DNA of 64,000 nucleotides from Oculina patagonica (Eukaryota): NCBI RefSeq assembly GCF_052425735.1, contig NC_135759.1, positions 31,372,001 to 31,436,000 of the forward strand, read 5' to 3'. Shown piece by piece: positions 51,291 to 63,036 of this stretch (position 1 is its first letter; each line of letters starts with the position of its first letter). The notes under the pieces were generated by a model. It saw only the letters and a program-made list of their open reading frames with translations, ran no database searches and was not told where the DNA came from. The position numbers and the translations under genes were made by a program.

Positions 51291-52332
51291 TCTCAAATGA
51301 AAAAAGCGTTTTTAATATAAGGCTTGCGTTTTATTGTTTGCCTTTCCTGCCATTAATACGCTTTATAATATCAATACTATTTCTTCCTGTATTTTGAGCT
51401 TTGCGGTGTTTAAAAAACTTGAACTTGAATTGAGCAACACGAGTTTTTGACTGAACTGTTTGTCACCTTGCCTGCAATTGGTATAAAATTATTTACCCAG
51501 CCTTTTGACGTCAAATATCATATCGCACAATTTGTTTAGTCAGGGTTTTTTTATTCACCTTTTGAGCATAAATTTTTTCATTTCCTAAGGAGAAAAAGTT
51601 GAATGAAGACTGAGTTCATCCTGCTAGCATTCATTTCGCGTACCCAAATTAGTATGGGCCGAGTTCCCGAGCTAAGTGCATGGTTATTTGACAAGTTAAT
51701 AAAGTTTCTTTTCCATTTTAGCACTCGCCTTTTACCGCCACCTAATTAAACACGCGCTCCTGTCATGAGTGCCAAGTCGGCCGTATAATCATTGCCGACT
51801 GCCGAGTTTAAACCAGGTTGAATATCATTCGAATCAAGGAAATCTTGCATTCAATTCATTATTGTCCCCAGAGCTAGCCGGCAGGTCCTGGTGCACAAGG
51901 CCCTACTGGCTGAAAGGGACAAGTGGCTCTGGAGACGAGAATGTTATTCTTTTTAGAGCACGATACTTTTTTCTCTTCAATGCGAATAGTGTGAAGATAT
52001 ATCAAAAATAAGTCTAAGGGAGGTTTTGTTTGAGTATCATCAATTGAATAATAGAAAGTATGAGCTAAGATACATTTTGCAATATCTTGAGTGTCGAACA
52101 CGCACCAAATGTTGTAAATGAAGATAACCTAATCGAAATAAATAGTTCAACTTCTAACTGTAATTTGCCTATATATAAGGAAATTACAGTGATCAGTTTA
52201 TACATTACTTGTGCTATAATCTATCTATATGTTGTAGACTTGAAAATTTTAGCCATTTAGGGAGACAATTGATTTTTTTATTTCAGTTTTTTTATCATCT
52301 TACACTTCAAAGGCAAGAACTTATTCTTCAAT

Positions 52333-55300
52333 TTAACACTTTGTAGTGTCGTAGTCGATATTTGATGCATTGAAGCTTGCTGTAGCAAAACACTGTACAG
52401 CTTTGCTGTCGCACTCACAGAGAGCTGTCCTACAAGCAGCATTGTTGTCATCAGACGGATAGCTGGATTCTGGCACTAGGATTACAAATAAACAAGTAAA
52501 TAAATGAATAAAAATACCGAATAAGTGTTTTTGGTAATTTTCTTTTAGGCTCGATTTATAGGACTTAGACCTCCAAGCTTCTTTTCTTTAATAGAGGGAA
52601 ATGATTATGAAACTCGGCAAACATCAAAGAAGCAAGATGCCATGATTTATGTCGGAAGGTCCACGACGTTGCACATCTTTTGTTTTGCGTTCATACACTA
52701 TGCATGAATTACGTAATCGCAATGTTTCTATTGGTTAGTTACATGGACACTTTATGAACACACTTAACAGCCTACTGTATTTTGTCAGGTTTTGTGCACT
52801 GTCAACCCCCAAAAAGCGAACAAAAACAAATAACAAAGAACTTTTCCGGGCTTCACAATCATTTTCCTCTATTAATTATATATTTAAGGTCACTCCCTAG
52901 TATTGCATTGCGCATACTTACTGCGCATAATTTCACGTGTGATTAGCCGCGCACATAAAAATATGGCGGCTCTTTCTTTATTATAGCTGGAGCTCGCCAG
53001 AAAGGTCGATCGTCATTTTTCTCGAAAACGAGTATGGTGACCTATCATTTTTGCTTTTTTGGAATTGAGCAATAGATTTAATTCAATTCCCAGTGTAGAA
53101 TAAGAAAAACTCGTCAGAAATGTGAATTTAGAAAGCAATTAATAATAATTAATTATCATAATATTTTAAGGAATCAGTATTGCTGCTGAACGAGTATGGA
53201 GGCCCCCGTTTATATTTCAAAATTGAAGTTGCTGTAAGATAAACAACCAATAGGCAAAGTTTGACAAAAATCTCAGTGCAGGTTCTATTTCAGATAAATG
53301 AGCTTAAAAACTAAATCAGAACAAAAAGATGAAAGGAAACCCATGGGACAAGTTCTTACCACATGTGTGACATGGTGTGTAAAGATAACTAGAATAATAT
53401 GGCATCCACCAACTAGAACAGGTATTTTTGTAAATTAAATTGTCGTAACAAGCGTCATGTATATAGCAACACCTGAAATACAAATAAGAACATAAAACGA
53501 AAACAACGTTACTGACAAGCCATTTAGTTCAATCCCAAGCATGATCAACATGTAATCTATTTTTACATGTGAATATCAATATACCGTAAAAGCAAAAGCG
53601 CTTGAAATAAAGGTGACGGGAAAATCCAAGTGGAGTGTAGAAAGAGGCTGGCTCAGTCGACTCCAATCTCACACATGCGGATGTCACATGCCGAATTGCT
53701 TTTTCTTCCAAAGAAACTTCCAGTAATAGAGAGATCTGCATAACTTGACAGAATTTGTGTATGTCCTTGAAAACAACTGCACTGTGACCAATTTTGTAGC
53801 CTTATCTAACTCTATGGTGGATATTTGCCCCAAACGTTAGAAACCTTACTTATTATTATAGCTTCAATTCCCAGTATGATGCGTGAGACTCAGTGGTTAG
53901 CGCCATATGATTTGCGCGCTCGACTCTGGATCGTTTGATCCGGGTTCGAGCCCTGGCCGGCGACACTGCGTTGTGACCGTTGTGTTTGGGCAAGACACTT
54001 AACTCTCACAGTGCCTCTCTCCGCCCAGACGGCGAATATCATGACGGGGTAACCCTACGATGGACTAGCATCCCATTTAGGGCGGAGAGGGCAAGAGTAG
54101 ACCCGAGCCCGAGGCAGACTTTATTCCCAGTATTTTAATGGATTTTTTCTTCTAAGTCAAAAATAAAAGTTTTAAAAGCCTGCCAGGCACTCAGTAGTGA
54201 AAATACCTGTCAGTTTGATCCACAGGAGTTCCCGATCCGCCAAATCCACACCAGCAGCCATAATCATAATAATCCAAGCCGCTTCGGTTTGTGGCACAAG
54301 CGATCATCGTTGCAAACTGATAAAGGTTACGCACTTTAAAGAAGAAAATAGTATAAAAATACTATGGCAGTACTGCTTAGGTACTAGTGTACCTGTGCAA
54401 TGAGACTTCCCTTGCTTTCATACTCAAACTTTATTTTCTTTTCTATTTTTCGTCTATAAATCATGACATTTCGGCAATTTTTTTCGATTTCCTTTTTGTG
54501 AAAAGAAACGTTTTTCATACTGCAAACAGCTTAGTGTAACGGTAAACTTTCTCATGAAACGCGCTGATTTAATTTTAAGTTCAGCACAGTTGTGTCAATG
54601 CACCTGTCGCATCAGTTTAAAGACAATGTTTATTTTATCAACCTTACCATGTCTCCTCTTGAACGGCGCTTTTTCGCTTTTCTTCTGCAATCAAGATAAC
54701 AATAAAATGTGGATATAAAGGACAAAAAAAAACAAATTAATCACAGTATAAAAATGCTTGCGCCCATGGCAATAGCGATTTTAAGCTCATCTGACGTTTT
54801 CTTTAGTCCTGTACATTTGTTTTCTGGTGTATGTGATCACACTGTTCATGACACCAAAAATTATTCTTTTAGCCAAAGAGTCAAATAACAATTTCTTCCT
54901 ACTGGTCTTTACGCATTCGTTCGAGCGCTAGTTGGAAAAATTTGTTGTCATACAAGACAATCCCCCTTTGGTGATCACTTCTGTTATCCACGCCTTTAAT
55001 GCACAAAGCACCCATGTTTACTTATGTTTTTTTATACTTTTTGTTTGGTGGTTTGTTAAGTACATAATGCACTGCTACGAATTAATTCTTACTACATTTA
55101 TTATAAGGACTGTTACTGCCAAAACAGGATAATATCAATGTCAAATCATTTGCATATTTCATTTCTAACCTAGTACGTATCTGAAGAAAAAATAGCAATA
55201 GCCGTACGATACAATAATGATGGGACTATTAAGTTCTGAAGGCAGTTATTATGAAACAAATAGTGTATAGTGATTTTTGCACCTGCCTGTGTTGAGATAA

Positions 55301-56294
55301 AAACAAGGAGTTTTTTATTAGGCTAGTGATGATCAGTTGGAAATTTAAACTGTAACTAATACTGCTAATTAAATATTAATTATTGAGATTTCGTAACACC
55401 ACCTAACATTTAAAACAGGAAACTCTTTTTTTATCTCAACACAGACAGATACAAAAAACCATTATACAAAATTTGGTGTTTTATAACTGCTATCAGAACT
55501 TAATAGTCCCATCTTTGGCGTTATCGCAAATCAGTCTAGAGTTCCCCGGTATTATTCAGTAATATACAGCGAATTATACAGAGAATACAGAGAATTATTT
55601 TTGAAAATAGTTCTCTGTATAGAATTATTTTTAGGGAAAATAAAAGCTATTTAGATTATTCTAGATCTGAAAGTCGCCTAGTATACTCTAAAGATGATTA
55701 GTGACTTTCAAAAGGTCTGGACATTACAGATAGTTTAGCCCAGTAATAGAATTAAGGTTCCCGTATATAAACTATACTCCTTTTTTTATATAAGAACCTT
55801 TTTATAAGAACGTCGAGGCTGAAAAACAGGCCAAAATTTAAGAACATCCCAAGAACGAGCCGAAGGCTGAAATTTGGTTAAGAACGATTTTTTTCCTCTT
55901 CGTTGTAAGTGACAAATATATGTACGAAATGAATACATATTTATTCAAATTCTGACCTGAAACCAACAATGTCATCACTCATTGGCGACATGAACATGTT
56001 CATTACGGTTACGAATAAATTTATTGCAATACCACTTTGTTTTTAAAATTCAAAAACTAAAAACATTTTAAGAACATTTTAGGCTCAAATCTTAATAAAT
56101 CTTAAATCTTAAGAACATTCAGCCTGGGCCGAAAATTAAAGGTTCTTATATATAAAAAAGAGTGTAGAGCGCTCCTTGCCGCATTGTCTTTGAACGCCCT
56201 CTAGCAAACCTACCTTGAAGGCTGACGGGAGAGACAGAACACAGACAATGATGGAAACGAGAAGAATAATAGTGGGTATATGTAGGGACCTCAT
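52333..56294 (-). CDS. Secreted phospholipase A2, copy F (acidic), 5 exons, 166 aa
   Basis: complement(join(52333..52475,53360..53472,54207..54333,54648..54684,56214..56294)). [41 protein letters not shown]|[50 protein letters not shown]...[16 protein letters not shown]...TTKC*. Confidence 0.92.
53881..54100 (+). mobile_element. tRNA-derived SINE (second family) in PLA2-F intron 3
   Basis: A-box-like CTCAGTGGTTAG, B box GGGTTCGAGCCC (53942-53953), body GGGCAAGACACTTAACTCTCACAGTGCCTCTCTCC...GATGGACTAGCATCCCAT. Confidence 0.75.
55219..55513. mobile_element. MITE in PLA2-F intron 1
   Basis: GATGGGACTATTAAGTTCTGA ... TCAGAACTTAATAGTCCCATC. Confidence 0.8.
55773..56166. mobile_element. MITE (TA-flanked) in PLA2-F intron 1
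   Basis: TATACTCCTTTTTTTATATAAGAACC ... GGTTCTTATATATAAAAAAGAGTGTA; internal TAAGAAC repeats. Confidence 0.75.
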
Positions 56295-57776
56295 TTTTCC
56301 AAAAACTCGACGGTAAGGGCAGAGTAGAGATCACACAGTTCGTACTGTGAAAGAGTAACAAAGACTTTTTTCCGAAAGTAAAGTGTAAAAACTAAAAGGA
56401 GAAACTAATTACAAATATGAAGAATGTTTGACCAACTAACAAAACGTTCTGTTTAAGTTTAACCTTTTCTAGCCAATCAGAACTATTTTCCGCTGGAATT
56501 GAATGTCAATAAAAGTAAAGACCATTTACAATTTTAAATAGTTTAAATTTTCATTAAGAGCTATAATTGGTTGCTGATAAAAAGGGGAAATGGTTTAAAA
56601 GAAACTGTTGAACAAATATAAACGACTTTTCCATTTTTGCTTTTAAGTTTTATCTTATGTTTAGAACACATATATGTTTTGGGGGCTTTTTACTACTTGT
56701 CACATGTCACATTTAAATGCGATACTAATAGACACTTTTAATTTTCTATAGTGCTGATTACATTTCTTTTCGGCTCCTTTCTGCCGGTAGTTTTCCCACG
56801 CGCAAGTAACAGCTTATGTCATGTATACGGTTTTTTTTTTACTTTTGTCTGCTTTAAGATTTCAGTATCAAGATTACGCTTAAATGCATGTGTGAAATTA
56901 CTACCTTCAATCCAAAGATTGAACCCTAAAATATTTTTAACAAACTTGTTTCTACCGTAAAAAACGCTGTTTGTCCATTTATCATATTTGATCGCTAAAT
57001 TCAAAATATATACATACATCTGGCGAGATGATCAATCAAAACTAAAAAAGAAACTTGAAATAAATTATATAGTATTGTGGAAAGAACGAAAGCGAATGAG
57101 ATCTTCATAGCTACATTCCAACTTATGGAACCTTGCAGAGGTCATGGGTTCCAATTCTTTTTAATTGCTTAATAACTGCCGGAAGAAATTCCGTTTCGTT
57201 AGTATTGTATGAGGCGATTTCTGAAAGTCCCTTTTTAAAAATCGGCGGCGCAAAACCCCCCCGGTGTACAAAAAAACCCTTTTAAAAGGGGAAGGGGGGC
57301 CCTAAATTGAGGGTGTATTGTGGCTATGAAACACTGTTTTCTATCGTAAAAGTCGTGACCCATGCCATATTTAGCAGAATAACACAACGGAAACGACTCT
57401 CGAAAATACCAAGCGCTGATTGTCGCTTGCTTCACTGTTGTTAAAAAACAGCTTCTGTCAGTACAGTTTATTCCCCCGCCACAACACAAATCAAGACACG
57501 GCTTGCCTTTTGGCCAAGAGGCTGAAGAGAAAAGTTTATTCAAAGTATACAACCCGAAAAACGAACACGGTCTACAAAAAACCTCTCTGCCACCCACTGG
57601 CTACAACAACAATAATGAATAGGGAGGGTGGGTGGGAAAAGATCAACGTCTTGCTAGTGAAGCTACAATCGAGTAATGAACATGTACACGTACACGGATC
57701 TACTGACATCTATCCTAGGCTATGGGTGTTTGCGATGGCAATTAATCTCTTTGCGCAAGCCACCCAAAGAGAGCAA

Positions 57777-58396
57777 AGCCTGGTTTTTACTAGAGACGCA
57801 AAGCACAAGCGCAAGCATTAGTAGTTTGTACCAAGTGAAAACGAACGTCGACATAAGCAGAAGCAGAAGCATAAGAACGCGATGTTTACAAGTAAGAAGG
57901 CCCCGTTCTTGACTCCGTTCCCTCCGTACATGGGGCCAGAAACTCTCAGGCGTCGAGTGTTGTTGTCTTTCTACTCTTGTGACGAAGGAAGTGGAAGTGA
58001 CTACAAAAAAGGAGGAAAACAAAACATTTGGGGTTATAGATATTTTTAAAGAACGAAGTAATCTCCATTTCTTTCGCTACCTAAACCCACGCCTGTGCCT
58101 TTTTGTTTTTTGTCTACACTCTTCCGAACAAGTTAGGAAAACTTTTATCAAAATCAACCGCGGCCTCCGCCACTTTGTCCAAATGCAGACGCGAGGGAAT
58201 CTCAGGGAATCTGGAACGAGTGCTCCAATCGGCTAGACACGGCCAGGCTTATACGGTGTTTCGTTTTCACACGAACGAAAACACAAGAAAAGGAAAAAAA
58301 TGATCCTTGTGCTTGCATTGTGCTTGCGTCGAAGCCGTTTTCACGGTGAAATATGAGCTGTTATGCTTGCGCTTGCGTCACTAGTAAAACCAAGCT
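57777..58396. mobile_element. MITE
   Basis: AGCCTGGTTTTTACTAGAGACGCAA ... TTGCGTCACTAGTAAAACCAAGCT. Confidence 0.75.
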
Positions 58397-58891
58397 AGCA
58401 GCTGCTGTCATTACAGTTAAGATGCCCCGCACGTGAGAACTAATTATGTAACAATTAAGATTACATAAGTAAAAGTGAACATCTCAGTTCGTGCGTAGTT
58501 TCACGTCTTGGTCACGTGAACCATTCAGTGATCAGCAGCTGAGGGCAGTTGAAGTTCATACGGTCAGTTATTCACAAGTAACGCATTAGGCTTCGTAAAA
58601 TGTCGAGGTATAAAAAGATGTCCCATTTAGAAATGACATGTGCAATCATATGGGTAAAGCAATATTTTTTGACAACACATTATTTTGTCCTCGTTAAAGC
58701 TGGTTTTTACTGGGAATAAGCACAAGCAGCAGATAAATTTGCACAAGCATAGGAATTAGCATAAGAGCATTCGAGGATCGACCACAGTGAACTTACTCAT
58801 TCTTCCTGTACTGTCCTCACGTGACACAAGCAGAACAGTTTTGTTATTCTTTTGCTAATGCATATTCCCCCTATGCCAAGTGAGCGCAGCA

Positions 58892-59126
58892 CCCCGGGAG
58901 GGGGGTACTCCCCCCAAAATACCTATACGGGTATGTGCCGCCCAACGGGGTCGTGATTTTGGGCTCCCGATATAGAACGGGGTATGATATATCGAACGCA
59001 CGAAAACTTCAAATTATCACCAGCGAAAACGGGGTGCTAAAATATTGACCTTTTTCTAGAACGGGGTATCAATTCTGCTACTTTAAAGACCCAGGCGGCA
59101 CATACCCCCTCCCCCCCCCCCCGGGA
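58892..59126. mobile_element. CCCGGG-ended MITE with 7-bp TSD
   Basis: CGCAGCA|CCCCGGGAGGGGGGTACTC ... CCCCCCCGGGA|CGCAGCA; related element at 62704-63036. Confidence 0.75.
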
Positions 59127-59336
59127 CGCAGCATAAGAATGAGTGTTCGTTCCTTTCATGCGCAGTTTACTAGATCATGTCAAGGAGGCACCTTATGTCT
59201 CTATTTCTAAAAGTAACGTTAGATCATTTCTTAAAAATGCCTAAGGTTTTAAAGTTTTGCATGACAAATATCTTGCATTTTTTTGTCTACCCTAAGCATC
59301 AGGCCTTAGAAAAGCCTCTTACTCAGGCTATTTTTT

Positions 59337-59532
59337 AGCCTGTTTCAGGCGTTCGGTTAGTTGGGGAGCAGCGCGGAAAACGGCGAGCGAAAAATGAGGG
59401 GAGGGGGTGAGGGGGAGAAGGCGAGGGTTCCCTCGCTCTCTCCCACTAAGCCCCTCGCCATTCTTCAAGCTAATCCCGTTCATGGGGTCGTTCATCGCGC
59501 TGCTTTCCAACTAGAACGTCTGGAACAGGTTA
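59337..59532. mobile_element. Short palindromic MITE
   Basis: TAGCCTGTTTCAGGCGTTC..TAGTTGGGGAGCAGCGCG ... CGCGCTGCTTTCCAACTAGAACGTCTGGAACAGGTTA. Confidence 0.7.
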
Positions 59533-59653
59533 TACTAGATGTGTGGGGTGCATCTGCAGCGTGGTGCCTCGGACGCTCTTTGGATGATCCCTGATCTCAA
59601 CTCTTTGTTCTAGTTAGTTGTTTAAATCCCTTATGTCGGAGTCATTTCTAGTT

Positions 59654-59765
59654 AACAATTAAACTACGAGCCCAAATTTTCTATGAGCGAATAGTCAACG
59701 AGACGCAGCCGAACTGACTATCGCCCATAGAAAACAAGTAGTAGTAGGCAAGTAGTCTAATTGTT
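59654..59765. repeat. Terminal hairpin of a non-autonomous element
   Basis: AACAATTAAACTAC...ATAGTCAACGAGACGCAGCCGAACTGACTAT...GTAGTCTAATTGTT. Confidence 0.65.
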
Positions 59766-61357
59766 TTAGTAACTCTAAGATAGAGACGTCTAGAAAAGCA
59801 GCTGAATGCCCTTGCCTGACGGCTCGGGCATCTAATAACAGCTTTTCTAGACCTCTAGCTGCATTTTTATTTTTTTCATAGAACATGGAAATCCTTAGCC
59901 TGCGAACGCAGATGTATTTTCGACTGTCGTATTTTTCGGCGGAGAGAAGCGACGACCGGAAATACGTCTGTATTCGCAGAAAATCCTAGGAAATCCTTCT
60001 TCTATTTGATAAACAGAAAACAATGGAAGAACCTAGTTCTGATTGGTTCCGATATTTTCAACCAATGACAAATCGCGGATTTCCAACAGAACATGGCCGA
60101 GTTTCTGCTAATGTGGAGCAATTCAAAATGGCGGACGCTGTAGATTCTTGTAAAGTTGTCAACGGTAAAATTTCCTTATAACCAAATACTTAAAAACACT
60201 TCGGGATTTTGCAGTGTGCCTACGGCACTATCAAGATTACGTGAATTTCTGAAGGTAAAGCAACGTATTAAATAGTTTTCGCGTTCTTTCAAGACACATG
60301 CAAGGACAGAATTTTCGGCAACTTCATCAATTTTAGGTTAAAATCTTGTCCCAGCGGAACTTGTGATAACACCCCTTTATAGACACAAAAGATTCAGTGC
60401 AGTTAAAGTTTTTTTCATACGTTTCCTTACGAACCATGCAGCAGTCATGAACAGAACAAAAAACGATACTTCCAGTGTTGTAGGTTCTTATGTTTTACAA
60501 AGTAAGCTTAATTGCTATGCATCACGCAGTAGATTTGCATTGTTTTTTCATTGCTTTCAGGAGTGACCTACATATCTACCATTGCAGAGATCCAAAATGG
60601 AAGAATGTAACTCCTTGAAGTCCCATGTAATAATGAAAGCACTCATTGCGCTTAACAATACTGCAGATCCTGATGGTTTCAAAATGCACTGTGATACATG
60701 TGCAACACTATACATTATTAAGTCAGAATTAACACTTAATTGTAGAGTCTTGGAAGTAAGTTTATGTTTTTTTATTTCTTATTCTACATGTTTTGCTGAA
60801 TCTATTTTACTCGCTTTTTTCAATGAGTAAAATAAAGTAAATGCAAGAGGCAGTTGCACATAAGAACACTCCTTATCAGGTTCAAAAACTCTAGCTATAT
60901 ACAAAATTATGTAGTCTATACTTAAACTATTTATAATTACTCAGTTCAAGTAAACAGATAAGGTAGTCTATATACACTTTATATATACAGTAAGTAAATG
61001 CCTTTCATGCTCTGCAAAATGCTTACGGTTTTGGAAGAGTCAACAGTCCCATCAGCAGAGTACACTCACTACAGTCAGTGTACATACAGCCATAGTGGTA
61101 TCTGTATGTAAATAAAAAAACCTAATAGTCTGAACTAAACAAATATCGAGAACAGAAGCATTGATCCAAATACAAATTGGCACTGGATGCAAGTTACTGG
61201 AGGTACATATCAGAGACTCCGGTAGAACATAGCAAACTCACGAAATGGCAATCATCAAACTCTTGGCTAATTACACAGTAATTAAATAAGCTTCCTCTTG
61301 GAAAAATGAATTTGCAAAATCATAGACACAGTATGTCATAATTTAGTTAGACATGGT

Positions 61358-62472
61358 CTAATCAATATTGTTTAACAAGTCCCTTGTAGCACTTTCATTC
61401 TCTGGTGAATGTTCATGTCTTATGTTGGTAGAATCGACATCTCTTGGTTTGGACTCACATTGCTTTTGAACTGACTCGTTCTTGGGAATCTGTACACCAT
61501 TCAGCCCTGCAATGCCATTTACTTGGGGAGCAAAGGGAAACCCAGATGGGAAATATGGAAACTGCATTCTCAAGTAGTTAAGTGCTCCAAAACCTCCATT
61601 AGGTACTGTGTTCAAGCGTCCATTCATTTCAGGGAATGGGGGCAAAGGGACGCTCAGATGAAGAACCACTGGAATGTAGTGTGTACCAGCTGGGTGAAGA
61701 GCATATGTCGGTACAGTGTAAGGATTGGGTATATAAGGAGTTCTTGGCAAGAGAGGTGTGGCCTGAATTGGCATGTCAAGGCCAAGGTTGGGCCAATTAC
61801 AGTTCATGCCTGCACTGTCAGTTCCACATCCACCTCCATCCATATTAGCGCTGTCAAACATGTTGTTACTCTCCTGCTTTAAGGCACTGGAACTTACTTC
61901 TTTTTCTTTCTCTGAACCAACACTACTGCCTGCTTTGTTTGAATGAGCAGCTGATCTGTTCTCATTCCATGATGTACAGCCTGTGCCTAGGGAAACTTTT
62001 CTCTTTTCTTTTTTCGAGCTGCTACTTACTGTTTCTGATGAAGTACTACTTCCATTGCTATCACTGCAATCCACATGGGGCCTCTTTGCAGCTGTGTTTT
62101 CACTGGAGGTCTCACTTGGGGTGCTTGAGTTTGCACTGTTATCATGGGTTCTTTTACGCCTCCAGGAATTACGAGAAGACTTTGATGGGGGCAAACTGGT
62201 AGTGGCAGTCGAAACGTTGTTGTTTGAATTGTTTTTGTGGTTTTTGTCTGAGTCATTCCCTTCTCTGTGTTCTCCCATGAACTGAAGTTCATTCTGTAGA
62301 TGGCCCATAAGTCGCTGAAAACAAGGCTGCTCAAGGTCCATGGCTTCTACATTGGTGAGACAGTGAAATACTTCTCTAATACAGTCACTAAAACCACTGT
62401 AGTAGTTTGAATTTAGCTCTGGCTGTGCACTGGGTGGTGGTTGATCATCTTTAGCTGTGGCATTTTGTTTTT
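61358..62472 (-). CDS. Last exon of a bHLH-Orange transcription factor (clockwork orange / DEC / HES-HEY-like); the bHLH exons lie beyond the window
   Basis: Acceptor TTTATTTTAG| at 62473. Orange domain YYSGFSDCIREVFHCLTNVEAMDLEQPCFQRLMGHLQ, Ser-rich linker with NLS-like RRKR/KKEKRK, and VPTYALHPAGTHYIPV (similar to a cwo C-terminal motif, from memory). No terminal WRPW/YRPW. Confidence 0.8.
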
Positions 62473-62703
62473 CTAAAATAAATTGCAAAATAGTGTTAAT
62501 TTTAAAAAGCAAGTTGTTTTCAAACTGTCAGCTAATTACAGTGGTAATTTACGATCAATTATATTTATTGCATACGCACTTGGTTACAGAGTACCCCCTA
62601 CCCAGCAAGATGCTTCATTTGTGATTTCAGTCAGCCCTCATCAAGTTCCCCAACTTATGCACCGGGCATTACATATTTATAAAGAGAGAGGACAAGAATA
62701 AAG

Positions 62704-63036
62704 CCTGGGGGAGGGGGTGCTACTCAATAATATTATAAACAGGGAGGCTCTGCCCTAAGGTCCAAACTTGACTGAAAAGGAAACCCTTAGAAAATAGGAA
62801 CTCTTTCATTTTCCTACAGTAGGGATACAACATCTAATTTATTTACTTTTCACTTGAATAACACCTTAAAATACTTAGACTGTTCAGTGGGTCTGTTCAA
62901 AACGTCCTTTTTAATAACTGAATGACGGTTTTCCAGCACGTGAAATTGTTACCCTTTTTGGCCTAAAGAAGGCACCTCTTTTGTGAGGAGCCTCCACGTA
63001 CAGTTCATTATAGGGAGTACCCCCCTCTCCCCCAGG
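62704..63036. mobile_element. MITE in the bHLH-Orange intron
   Basis: CCTGGGGGAGGGGGTGCTACTC ... GAGTACCCCCCTCTCCCCCAGG, flanked by (A/G)ATAAAG. Confidence 0.65.

Noticed and set aside
20403-53472. Catalytically dead (Lys49-type) PLA2 homologue
   Set aside because: All six copies keep His48, Asp49, Tyr52 and Asp99.
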